NCBI GenBank assembly: GCA_964016885.1
Contig: OZ024744.1
Coordinates: forward strand, 53,196,001-53,260,000
From: Eledone cirrhosa
Taxonomy: Eukaryota
Length of the DNA: 64,000 bases
Reading direction: 5' to 3'
Shown here: positions 1-12,683 of the stretch, piece by piece
Layout: each line of letters starts with the position of its first letter
Numbering within the stretch: the stretch's first letter is position 1
Notes under the pieces: generated by a model
The model's database searches: none
Told to the model about the DNA's origin: nothing
What the model saw: only the letters and a program-made list of their open reading frames with translations
Program-made: the position numbers and the translations under genes

Positions 1-254
1 CAGGAATCGAACACTTAACTCTAGGCCACGCAGCTTCGCATTTAGCAGGGGAGACGATTTAAATGGTATAAATCATCAATCCTCAGTACTAGAAATTCTA
101 GAAATTAGTTCTCTTTTTCTTGTTAAGATTCGGTTGGTGTGTCCATTGATATGAAGTTTCTCGTTAAGATGGGAATGGAGTTGTTATTGGTGGTGGTGGT
201 GGTGTTACTGGTTGTAATGGTGTTTATAGTGTTGGTCGTGGTAGAGTTCATGGA

Positions 255-585
255 TATTTGCATGCATGTGTGTCTGTTAGTGTATGCAAGTGTGTGCGTA
301 AGTGTCTATTTATCTGTGTGTGAGTATGTGGTGTGAATGCATGTGTATATGGTACGTGTGTTTGTGAGTATATGGGTGTCTGTGTATCTACATGCATATG
401 TTTGAACGTATGGATGTATGTGCATTGATGTGCGTGAATTTATGTTTAAGTATGTCTATGTGTATGTATACGTGTGTATGGGTGTATATGGGTAAGTTTG
501 TATCTGTGTGTATGTGTAAATGTGAGTATGTGAGTAAGTGTAAATATGAGTATTTGTGTGTATGTGTGTATCTGTATGTATGTTC
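255..585. repeat. Degenerate (TG)n/(TGTA)n simple repeat
   Basis: Low-complexity TG/TA-rich tract; ORFs here are V/C/Y/M repeat artefacts. Confidence 0.85.
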
Positions 586-616
586 GCGTCTGTGTTTCTA
601 CTCGGTCGTTTTATCT

Positions 617-780
617 CAGGCATGGGAAACCCTTTTCGAGCAGTGGGCCGCATAGGATGTGACTTATGATATGGCGGGCGGCACTACTAAAAAATACAAG
701 GCAATTTTGGAATTAGGCGTATCATTCAGAAAGCCAAACGGGCCGCATGCCGCTTGCGGGCCGCAGTTTGCCCATGACTG
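617..780. mobile_element. hAT-type MITE (164 bp)
   Basis: TIRs CAGGCATGGGAAAC (617-630) and GTTTGCCCATGACTG (766-780), subterminal GGGCCGC motifs, degenerate 8-bp TSD ttttatct/ttttagat. Confidence 0.7.
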
Positions 781-1160
781 TTTTAGATTAATTGTTGGAT
801 AAAGTCTCAGCAACCAGGCTGGTATATGCTTACCAGTCCTATCTTGTTACATCCACACATATCCGAACACATTTAACCCTTTTGTGGCCATACTTCTAAT
901 GAAAGACACTACTTGTGATATACATGATTTTGGAGAAGTCTAGTAATGTATCTAACTTTCGTATTATTAATATGCTGTTTTGAACTTAGCAAAGGAGGAA
1001 TGGTTCGTATAACGTGAAGTAATAAGTTTTAAGCAAAATATTTTTTAGATACGAGATTTAAATTTGGATTATTTTTTGTGTCCTTCCCAACTTCTTATTT
1101 TCATTTCATTTCATAGAGACCATTGCCATAGAAACAACGTGCATCAAACTATATATATAT

Positions 1161-1918
1161 ATGAAAAAGTTTGTCCTCATCAGTGGCCTTCCAACCGTCG
1201 TAGGCATTTCGTCGCATTAAAGGCCATATACCTCAGGTTGGTGCGAGCAACGGCTAAAAATAGTCGTTGGGACACGTAAATAAAGGGGACGCTAGGGTAA
1301 ACAGACAAAATGGTTTAAGCAGCAGAAAGTTATGAAGAAGAAACAAGTCCCAGATTTCTATGAATATAAATTCGGTGGAATCGTGAACGAGAGAATAAAG
1401 ACCATCAAACCTGGTTGAAATGTGAGCAAGGAAAGAATTTCGCACAGGTCTAACGGGAGGAAGAAGGGGTCTGGTCTGCGAATTCGGTAAACATAAGTTC
1501 TGTGAAGTCGCATACGAGAGAGAGAGAAAAAAAATTCATACCGGCTTGGCCAAGTGTCCGCGAGAAAAGGATTATGGACAGGTCAAACGGGAAGAAAGGG
1601 GAGGAGGAGAGGTAGTGACAGAGAGTGAGTGAGTGAAAGGTGAGGAAGAGGCTAACAGAGAGAGAGACTGCTAGAAAGGGTAAAGACACAAAGAACGAAA
1701 CAGACTGGTGGCAGCGGAGGAAAAAATATATGTGTAAATATGATAATAATGGAGCTGCGGCGCTGCAAATGGGTTACATATGAAAATGTTTGTCCTCATC
1801 AGTGGCCTACCAACCGTCGTAGGTATTTCGTCGCATTAAAGGCCATATATCTCAGGTTGGTGCGAGCAACGGCTAAAAAAAGTCGTTGGGACACGTAAAT
1901 AAAGGGGACGCTAGGGTA

Positions 1919-1922
<4 letters not shown>
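1161..1922 (-). mobile_element. Pair of 143-bp direct repeats, possibly Penelope-like pseudo-LTRs
   Basis: 1161-1303 and 1780-1922 nearly identical, unit flanked by (TA)n; each has CTGATGA and GAAA on the minus strand. Confidence 0.45.
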
Positions 1923-1982
<60 letters not shown>

Positions 1983-2091
1983 GTGTGTGTTACCTTTTCA
2001 ACATATTGTATTTTAAAGAGCTCAGGATTCCTTTTCCTTTGAGCACATTATTGACAGGGAATAACGGGAGTCTATGGCTCCGTTAATTTAT

Positions 2092-2134
<43 letters not shown>

Positions 2135-2751
2135 CTGAAGACAGCATGTATATGTGAAGGTATGTATATTTCCTCTTATAATTTGTAATATTTTTACATA
2201 GATCTATATACATACCAACACACATATAAATCCTAGAAACGATCGTAAAATTATGAATTTTTTAATATAAGGAACTTGTTCTTTATTTTTATTTCATTGT
2301 TTTTATTAATTTATATATATATAATTAAATTAACAGTCGAATGACATCTATATTTATATGAATCAAATAAACACATGAAACAATTGCAGGGGATAATTTG
2401 TAAAGAGTGTAAACACACATAGTTACGGAGGTAACATGTTAAACATTAACAAGAACCTTGAATATAGATACCTTGCAATAATGATTAATCTCCTTTGTAT
2501 ATATTCCATTGAAGAAATATATTACACCATTAATCATTGAATGATATATGCGAAATCTTGGATCATCGGCAAAGGAGAAGATTTAATTATCTATGATTAC
2601 ACACTAAAAGCAAATCAGGGAATAACGGTGAAAAGCACGTGTAGTTTTAAAAAAACACATCACGTCACCGTCAAGCCGGAGGCGTGAATAGGGTTATTGA
2701 CAGCTAGAAATAGTAGCCGAGTCCTTTCAACTTAAATAGCTCTACTAACAG

Positions 2752-2830
<79 letters not shown>

Positions 2831-2896
2831 TGCTTCCATAGGCGGTATGCCGGTTGAGCACTCTATGTTCTTACAGAGCAGAATATGATATAATAT

Positions 2897-3218
2897 AAAC
2901 GAAAAATCAGTGATGCATCTGAACTCAATTTATTGTGTGTTACAATTATTTCGCCGGCGGACAGCTCGAGACACGATCAATGTGTGGATCTGTCTGATTC
3001 TAGACTCGCAGGTTCGACGGACATGTCTAATGGTTTCGGAGCAAATTCTTTCACTGGGGTGTTAGTGTCAAAAATATCATCTAAGCGGGGCTGTTATTGG
3101 CTGCTGTTTTTCTACGTCATCATAATTCTTACAAACAGTTATCATTCGGCTGACCATCAGCTGTCCCGTTTCTGCCACACTTCGATGAGTTACTGCTGAG
3201 TTTGGTAGTTCACACGTC

Positions 3219-3265
<47 letters not shown>

Positions 3266-3505
3266 ACATAGATAACAACATAGTACGCATACTCTCCCGC
3301 TATACACACAGACTAAAGGAGAACATATAAACCTATAAAGATACGCATATACAGACGCCTACCTACATGCCCATATACATCAACACACACACACACACAG
3401 GCGCACACACATACATACCCGTATACATAAACACGTACAGACATATACCTAGACAATTGCAACACACAATAAATTGAGTTCAGATGCATCACTGATTTTT
3501 CGTTT
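2897..3505. repeat. Element bounded by 51-bp inverted repeats with internal (CA)n
   Basis: 2897-2947 is the reverse complement of 3455-3505 (one mismatch); TA-rich flanks. Confidence 0.75.
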
Positions 3506-3529
3506 TATATATCTATATCTATATATATA

Positions 3530-4150
3530 AGTATGTGTACGTACATACATATATGTATACAGACGTACAGTAGTATGTGTATATATATACATACATGCAC
3601 ACGTATAGATATATATGTACGTATGGATTTACCGAACATTTATTATAATGCTCGGTGTGTTTGTAAACAAACATCCCGAATTAAGCCGTACAGTGTTTAG
3701 CAACCATCGTTGCCCTTTTGTTCAACACTGACAAAGGAACGATGTACTAGTTTCAAGCTTATTAGCTATCGTCAGCACTGTATACCTTCCTGTCAGATGA
3801 TTGAACGTCTGAAAGTATATACTTTCCTTATGCATATTAACGGCTGAGCAGCCTAATTTGCATATCGAGTGAGTTAATCGGCCGGGCGCACCGAAAACGA
3901 TAAATGGAAAAAATGAAACGAAATTTCGGTGCGGCCGGCCGATTAACTCACAAACAAACCGAGCATTATAATAAATGTTCGGTAACTCCATACATACATA
4001 TATATATATATGTGTGCATGTATGTATATATATACATACTACTGTACGTCAGGTATACATATATGTATGTACGTATACATACTTATATTTAAGTAACAGC
4101 CATACTAAGAGTGAGTGAGAAATGAAATTTCGTTTCATTTTTTCCATTTG
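3530..4150. mobile_element. Foldback/MITE-like repeat, copy 1 (left end truncated)
   Basis: Homologous to 5037-5700 and 5953-6515; long imperfect terminal inverted repeats; embedded in (TA)n. Confidence 0.7.
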
Positions 4151-4793
<643 letters not shown>

Positions 4794-5036
4794 CGGCTCT
4801 GCTCCAAAGCATAGAGCTAATTATTATGCTGCCAATACCTTAATGGGACACGGGTATACAATACCTAACTCCTATTAACCTAAGTATATATATATATATA
4901 TATATATATTTAGTAATAATAATAAATTAAAAGACTAAAATCCAAAGAGGGCTCGAAGCAGCAATTATTTGCTTAAACTTTAATCTGTTATTTTAATAAA
5001 TATATAAATATATGCATATATATATATATATATATA

Positions 5037-5698
5037 AATGGAATAGAATGAAACGAAATTTCATTTCTCACTCTTAGTACGGCACTTACTTAAATGTAAG
5101 TATGTATGTATGTATGTATACGTACATACATATATGTATACAGACGTACAGTAGTATGTATATATATACATACATGCACACATATATATATGCACGTATC
5201 GGTTTACCGAACATTTATTATAATGCTCGGTTTGTTTGTAAACAATCAAACAGCCCGAATTACGCCGTACAGTGTTTAGGCAACCACGTCACCTTTTGTT
5301 CAACACTGACACAGGAACGATGTACTAGTTTCAAGCTTATTAGCTATCGTCAGCATCGTATACCTTCCTGCCAGATGGTTGAACGTCTGAAAGTATATAC
5401 TTTCCCTATGAATATTAACGGCTGAGCAGCCTAATTTGCATATCGAGTGAGTTTAGTCGGCCGGGCGCACCAAAAACGATAAATGGAAAAAATGAAACGA
5501 AATTTCGGTGCGGCCGGCCGATTAACTCACAAACGAACTCCATACATACATATATATATGTGTGTGCATGTATGGATATATATACATACTACTGTACGTC
5601 AGGTATACATATATGTATGTACGTATACATACTTATATTTAAGTAACAGCCATACTAAGAGTGAGTGAGAAATGAAATTTCGTTTCATTTTTTCCATT

Positions 5699-5700
<2 letters not shown>
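5037..5700. mobile_element. Foldback/MITE-like repeat, copy 2 (complete, ~660 bp)
   Basis: Begins aaatggaatagaatgaaacgaaatttcatttctcac, ends gagaaatgaaatttcgtttcattttttccatttg; ~160-bp imperfect TIRs; in (TA)n. Confidence 0.75.
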
Positions 5701-5759
<59 letters not shown>

Positions 5760-5952
5760 TTAGTAATAATAATAAATTAAAAGACTAAAATCCAAAGAGG
5801 GCTCGAAGCAGCGATTACTTGCTTAAACTTTAATCTGTTATTTTAATAAATATACATATATTTATATATATATATACATATATTTATATATATATAAATA
5901 TATTTATATATACATATATATATAAATATATGCATATATATATATATATATA

Positions 5953-6511
5953 AATGGAATAGAATGAAACGAAATTTCATTTCTCACTCTTAGTACGGCA
6001 CTTACTTAAATGTAAGTATGTATGTATGTATACGTACATACATATATGTATACAGACGTACAGTAGTATGTATATATATACATACATGCACACATATATA
6101 TATGCACGTATCGGTTTACCGAACATTTATTATAATGCTCGGTTTGTTTGTAAACAATCAAACAGCCCGAATTACGCCGTACAGTGTTTAGGCAACCACG
6201 TCACCTTTTGTTCAACACTGACACAGGAACGATGTACTAGTTTCAAGCTTATTAGCTATCGTCAGCATCGTATACCTTCCTGCCAGATGGTTGAACGTCT
6301 GAAAGTATATACTTTCCCTATGAATATTAACGGCTGAGCAGCCTAATTTGCATGTCGAGTGAGTTTAATCGGCCGGGCGCACCGAAAACGATAAAACGTT
6401 ATAATAAATGTTCGGTAATCCGATACGGTCATATATATATATGTGTGCATATATGTATATACATACTACTGTACGTCTATATACATATATGTATGTACGT
6501 ATACATACATA

Positions 6512-6515
<4 letters not shown>
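5953..6515. mobile_element. Foldback/MITE-like repeat, copy 3 (local tandem duplication)
   Basis: Near-identical to 5037-5480 and shares upstream flank (4908-5000 vs 5758-5850). Confidence 0.75.
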
Positions 6516-6603
<88 letters not shown>

Positions 6604-7145
6604 TATATATAAACGTTTGGAGTTGGAAGGCCAATACAATGCAGGTATGGATATAGAATATAAACGCAAATGCAAAAGATATTGTTGACAATTAGTCTTT
6701 TACCTTAAATGTATTTAATTATCCTTAATTTTCGAGATAATATGTCTTCTTAGGAGGGAAGTAAAGGGGTTAATCCAGTGTTCTAATTAGCTTGCCAAGT
6801 GATGCTGACATTCTATCTGTAATGTCAAAGAGTGAAGGTTAGGTGGATAAAGAGTTGTCTCCCTTTAAAAGGGGTTTTGTACATGTATGTTTAAGTGTGT
6901 AGGAGATTACGTGAATGCGTAAGTATGTGTATGTGTGTGTGAGTGTGAGAAGATATGTCTATATATAAATGTGGGGGATAGATGCTCTATCATGTTTAAA
7001 CTTGTCTTTGTGTGTGTATCTGTGTGTGTGTGAGAGAGAATAAGTGGAGGTGTAAGCCCGCGTGTGTGTGTGTGTCCGTGTGCGTGTGTGTGTGCGTGTG
7101 CGTGTGTGTGTGAGAGTGGGTGTAAGTGTGGGGCTAGGTGCTCTA

Positions 7146-8015
7146 TCATGATAAAAATTGGGTGTTGAGTTCTAGTCTATTGTTGATTGGTGGATGTGTT
7201 TTGTCTATAATCAGTGCTTCCTTAATTCTAAGATTGCCGAGGTTTCTTTCCTTAGCTTCTATCCTAACTGTTATGTTTTTGTCGGTGTTTTTTGCATTTT
7301 ACTAGGTTTTTCTTAAATGAGGAAGCGTTAGTATTGAGGTGTCTCTTATTCTAATGTGAAGTGGTCTGGTGGTGCTACCTACGTAGAAATTGCTGCATTT
7401 GTCGCAGTCTAATCTGTATACGCCGTAAGCCTGGTGGCATAGGTCTGTGTCGTTGATGGGGCAGTTGGCTAGCCTGCAGCGGCTGTCATATCTGGTGGAG
7501 TGTCTTTTGGTTAGCTGTCCGCGTAGGGAAGGTCCTGAGTGGGCTAGTTGGATATCTAGTCCCTCTCCTCCTATAGCTCTGCGGATGGCTGTTGTAGTTT
7601 CGTCACTGAAGTGTGGGAGCTTCAGGAAGCAGGTGTTAGTGCCTCGGGTGTGGTGTCCTCTGTTGTTTCTGGCACGGTTCGTGGTGGACGTCGGGTATCC
7701 GTTCAGTTTGAGTACCTCCAGCAAATGTGTGGTGTGTGTGTCTCGGTCTCTTGCGTCGGTGCATTTGTTTCGAATACGTGTAGTTCGTTCCTTATGTATC
7801 AAAACTTGGCGCCGGCTGGGACGGCCGATTTGAAATGTACGAACAGGTCCCTGCTGGCGGCTTTTTTATAGAAGCAGGTGTGGATGTTGCCTTCCTCTGT
7901 TACCCTGATTTGGAAGTCCAGCAGGGATAAGGATCCGCGTTCATCGGGGTGTTCCATGCTGAACTTTATACTGGCGTCCATCAACAGGTGCGTTGAAATC
8001 TTGCAAAACAAATTT
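7146..8015 (-). pseudogene. Penelope-like element remnant: RT C-terminus plus GIY-YIG endonuclease, 5' truncated, frameshifted
   Basis: IKFSMEH...LSLLDFQI...FYKK...VHFKSAVP (RT/thumb); GVYRLDCDKCSNFYVGSTTRPLHIRI (GIY-YIG); IKEALII...PPINN terminus. Confidence 0.85.
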
Positions 8016-8025
8016 AAGAGCGGAG

Positions 8026-8057
<32 letters not shown>

Positions 8058-8064
8058 TATATAC

Positions 8065-8600
<536 letters not shown>

Positions 8601-8604
8601 ATAT

Positions 8605-9290
8605 ATGCAGGAAGTTGCAGCTTACTTGAAGCACTGTGTAATGATTTATAAACGTTTGGAGTTGGAAGGCCAATACAATGCAGGTATGGATATAGAATAT
8701 AAATGTCATCAGTACTCCACCAACATGCTAAAATATAACATAAGGTCAAATTAGAGAACATAGAAATAAAAATAAAATCTACACACAGAAAAGACGCAAT
8801 GTTTAGAAAAATCACAGAGGCAATAAACATAAATGAAATCCAACCAAAATTAAATAGAAAACATGAATGGAATAGCAACATCACAGCTTAAAATTTAGGA
8901 CAAAATGAAAACACACACACATAGAACAAACAACCAACTAGTAACATGTAAATAAACAAATAAATAAACAAATATAAACACACACAGACACCCGGATGTA
9001 ACACACATGCGCAAACTAAGCACAGAACACACACAAAACAAGATGGTGTAGGACAGAACAAATGAGTGGCACAAAACAAAGAAAAGAATACCCAGTCACT
9101 GAAGAGGTCACATAATGTGTGACGAAAGAACTTTGGCAATATACGAACAACCGTCCGGTTGTGGAACCAACCAACCAACCGGAAATTTATGAATTTTAAT
9201 TTAATTTATAATAAATTAGAGTGAAAGTAACTGGTGCGTGTGTTTCTTATTGGCAACATCACCCTCCCAAAGTATAACAATATATATATA
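8605..9290 (+). mobile_element. Second Penelope-like 3' remnant (GIY-YIG tail plus pseudo-LTR)
   Basis: SSVLHQH...RKDAMFRKITEAININEIQPKLNRKHEW at ~8705-8875, followed by a hammerhead motif. Confidence 0.6.
9095..9137 (+). ncRNA. Minimal type I hammerhead ribozyme-like motif
   Basis: gtca-CTGAAGA(9099-9105)-g-gtcaca/tgtgac-GAAA(9124-9127)-g aa c-TT-tggc. Confidence 0.6.
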
Positions 9291-9299
9291 TATATTTAA

Positions 9300-9515
9300 A
9301 AGGATCGATCTACTTTCGTCAAATCGGGCCGCTGAAACAATGTTTCCGTAGGTCTTTCCAGTTGCTATTACTATCTATCCAGTTGCTATTACTATCTATA
9401 GGAGCAACGTGAAATAAAGCGTCTTTCTCAAGGACATAACGCATCGCTCGGTCCAGGAATCGAACTTGCAACTTCAAGATTGTGAATCCAATTCTCTAAC
9501 TACTCAGCCACACGC
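9300..9515 (-). mobile_element. tRNA-derived SINE
   Basis: Minus strand GTGGCTGAGTAGTTAG (A-box-like) ... GTTCGATTCC (B box) ... TCCTTGAG; related to 63040-63360 and the fragment at 1-35. Confidence 0.65.
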
Positions 9516-9519
9516 CTGT

Positions 9520-9527
<8 letters not shown>

Positions 9528-9610
<83 letters not shown>

Positions 9611-9615
9611 GCGTG
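9528..9615. repeat. (TG)n microsatellite
   Basis: Long TG run. Confidence 0.95.
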
Positions 9616-9939
9616 TATGTATATATTTTAACTTATAGACATTGAAGAATTTCACATACAATTGATAATTTCACTTTGACAGAGATTCCAATACAATTAC
9701 TTTTAATTCTTCTTATTAAAGTAGACAACTTATGGCATACAATTCTTTCTTTGTCTCTAAAACTCCAGAACAACAGCTGGTTTGATTTACAGCAATTATG
9801 AAAGTTAGTTGTATTATTCCCTTGTAATAGACACGAGCTATCTTTGAAATATATGGGACGTGGGGGCAATTAAAATTAAGGCCTTTAGAAATAGTTCTGA
9901 TCTGAAATAAGAAATAATAACGATGCTGCTGCTACTATT

Positions 9940-10245
9940 CGGTCTTTGTGTGTAAAAACAATAGGTTATAACAAAAGCTAAAACAATAAACGTTAAAAAA
10001 CCAAGCAAAAACATATTCCTGAATAGGTGGAGATATGTGTGTGTTGCTCATAGAGAAATCTAAAAAAAAACCAGAAAACATGGTCACCCTAAGCTCCAGG
10101 GCAAGTGCTCTCTCCCTGGTGTTCTCACCCACCTTTCAAAAAACTTGTTGGAATGCAGCAAATCCCTCTCCACTCTGACTTTTCTCTTCAGGTGAAACCT
10201 GAGAAAATTACTTAGGGCTTCGCCGAAGAGGAAAGTGTATGTCTT
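9940..10245 (-). mobile_element. Tx1-clade LINE 3' fragment (E0)
   Basis: TYTFLFGEALSNFLRFHLKRKVRVERDLL...FFERWV matches the ORF2 C-terminus of the intact copies; 3' UTR motifs follow. Confidence 0.8.
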
Positions 10246-10399
10246 ATTTTTGTTGATGAGTTCGCGTGTACATATCGTTCCGTAATTTTGTTGATTTACA
10301 CGTGTTTGCATAACATTCATTATTAAAATCCTATTTACAAACTGGGTGCCATACATTGTACACAGAAAAGGTGACTCCATAATAGTTGGGCCTTTGACC

Positions 10400-12445
10400 T
10401 TTGACCACAACCACTACAGACAAAGTCACTGTAACCAACAACATCAGCAGCAGCAACAACGTCAAGGACAACGAACACATCAGAACCACCAACCCCTAAT
10501 GTAAGAGCGACCAGTAGGCTCTGAAAGGGGTTTTCAAAGAAAATTCAACCGAAAATGGAGGTCGAAGCTACCCGATCTCCAACAGCTCCCGGAGGGTAAG
10601 TAACCCCATTCTCCGCCTTTTTTCGCTCGCTTAATTAACCAGTCAACATGGATATTATTCATAGTCTGAGGTCGTTCTGGTAGCAACGTCGATTGCTCAA
10701 CGACCTCAGGTTAACTTTAACCATGTCGATACACGGCATCCTTCGGCCTCTCATAGAGAGGGAGGTTCTGATCAATTTAAATCAATCGAAAGCTTTCGAT
10801 TGTGCCGACCATCGATACTTGCATGCTGTCCTCAAAGTAGCTGGCTTTGGTCTTGTCTTCAGAGACTGGATCGCTACAATGCAAAGAGACATCTCCTCGG
10901 TGTTCAAAATATATAGCCACTTATCAGAACCGTTTCAGATCAACTGAGCGGTCCGTCAATAGTGCCCTCTCTCTTCTGTACATATTGACTCTCGAACCTT
11001 GCAGAAGCTAGAGCTGTTGCAAGGAATCCCGCTCAAGCCAACGAGACCATGGCGGTACTGAACACATTAGAAATTGAGGTAGTCGGCAACATCGCAGAGG
11101 TGGATTTGCAGCTTAGCACCTGGAATGATGGACCGGTGAAGTTGCTCGGGGTCTGGATTATTCCTGATTACCAGGTAGTTAAAAACTGGTACAAGGTGGT
11201 TGTGGCGAACGCGTACATAGCGTCAGTCATCCGTTTCCAACAGACCGTCGTGTTTTCCCCCGTTCAAGCCTCGCCAAATTGGAACGCCTGCTTTTCAACT
11301 ATCTGTGGAAGATACAGGTTCCATTAGGGAGATAGTCCATCTGAGGCCAGCACTCTTTACGCGGAGTACAGGTCATGCTGTAGTTGATGATACACAAACA
11401 TATGCTGAGGCTACGGCATCTCCAGATATTCTTAAAAGGGAAACTGGTGTGCTTGCCGTTTGTGAGACGTCTTTCCACAGCTCGTCTCTTTTACTGAGTT
11501 GCACTCTTGGGTCAAGAAGTGACCGAGACAGGGAGACTGGCATATTGAATGTTGCCAGGTGCTCACAGTCCTCTTTCAGTCAGGCAATGCGGTCACTGGA
11601 AATTCCATTCTAGAGTTCTCTAGAGGACTAGTGGTGGGTAAGTGCGACAACTCTTCAGAGAGGTTCTGGGCGTCGACTAAATTGAATTGACCAGTTTGTT
11701 ACGGAGAACTTTCGAACCGGGGTCTATGGGAAATTTCTAGAAATACTCGGCTGGCCAGTGCTGCCCAAGGGGTGGGGTTACTCTACAGGAACGGAAGTGT
11801 TGTCAGACGGAACTATCCGAGATGCCCGCAGAGCAGGAAAACCGTTCTGGATACATTTGTCCAGTACCCCGCCATTTCGAACTGGTGGAATTTGTCAAAC
11901 AACTACTGTCGCGCGTAGGATGGATCCGGTTATCGGCCGACTACATTATGAAGATCGCCCCGAATACTTCTTTTGGCAAGTAACGGCAGGCAGATTTCTT
12001 CTGTATGGTGGCTGCGGCCAAAGAGGTTTTGAAGTTGACCCTGCTGAAAGGACTGAAACAGATCCTTTACTCTACAGTCAGACTCTCGTCGTCTTTTTCA
12101 AGTCCTACTTCGAAATGGCCAGTACGTTTATATTGTTAAAAAATGGGTGTATGTAGCAAATATAGACGAGTGAATGGGCCTACTCTGAACATGCACATAT
12201 AATCTGGAGAGTTTCGAGAGGAGAGGCATTCCTATGGTTCTCTTGAGATTAAGTTGGTTTAGGATCTGTGGGATCCCTAATTTACTCCTGGGTGGTGTTA
12301 CCATTATTGGGGGATTTTTTTTATTATTGTTAATTTATTCTTTATTTCAATCTGTATTATTTGTTTACACGCTTTCAATTGTTTGTAGATCACTACCGTC
12401 CTGTATGTTTCGGCCCTTGTGGGCGATACAGAAAGAATTATTATA
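10400..12445 (+). mobile_element. Heavily deleted Tx1-clade LINE (E1), the only plus-strand copy
   Basis: ORF1 tail, GTAAGT at 10596, ORF2 ATG at 10648, LLNDLR, LINLNQSKAFD, DGPVKLLGVW, 3' UTR, GGCCCTTGTGGGC stem-loop and short ATT tail. Confidence 0.85.
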
Positions 12446-12463
12446 ATTAATACTAATAATAAT

Positions 12464-12672
12464 GATTTCGACTATAGGCGCAAGACCATTGGTTTTGGAG
12501 GAGGCGTAAGTCGATTAAATCGACCCCAGTGCATTACTGGTGCTTTATTTTATCGATCCATTGAGTATTAAAGGCAGAACTAACCTCGACGGGATTTGAA
12601 GGTAGTATGTAAAGAGCCGTAACTTTATGCCACTAAGCATGTTCTCGGATACTCTACCGATACTGACAATCC
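12464..12672 (-). mobile_element. SINE (MetaSINE-like central domain) with (ATT)n tail
   Basis: cgaccccagtgcattactggtgctttattttatcga...aaaggc...acctcgacgggatttgaa; homologous to 30625-30727. Confidence 0.7.
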
Positions 12673-12683
12673 ATAATAATAAT

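Noticed and set aside
9633-9902. Possible minus-strand exon after a TTATTTCAG acceptor
   Set aside because: No convincing donor or recognisable protein; frames stop early
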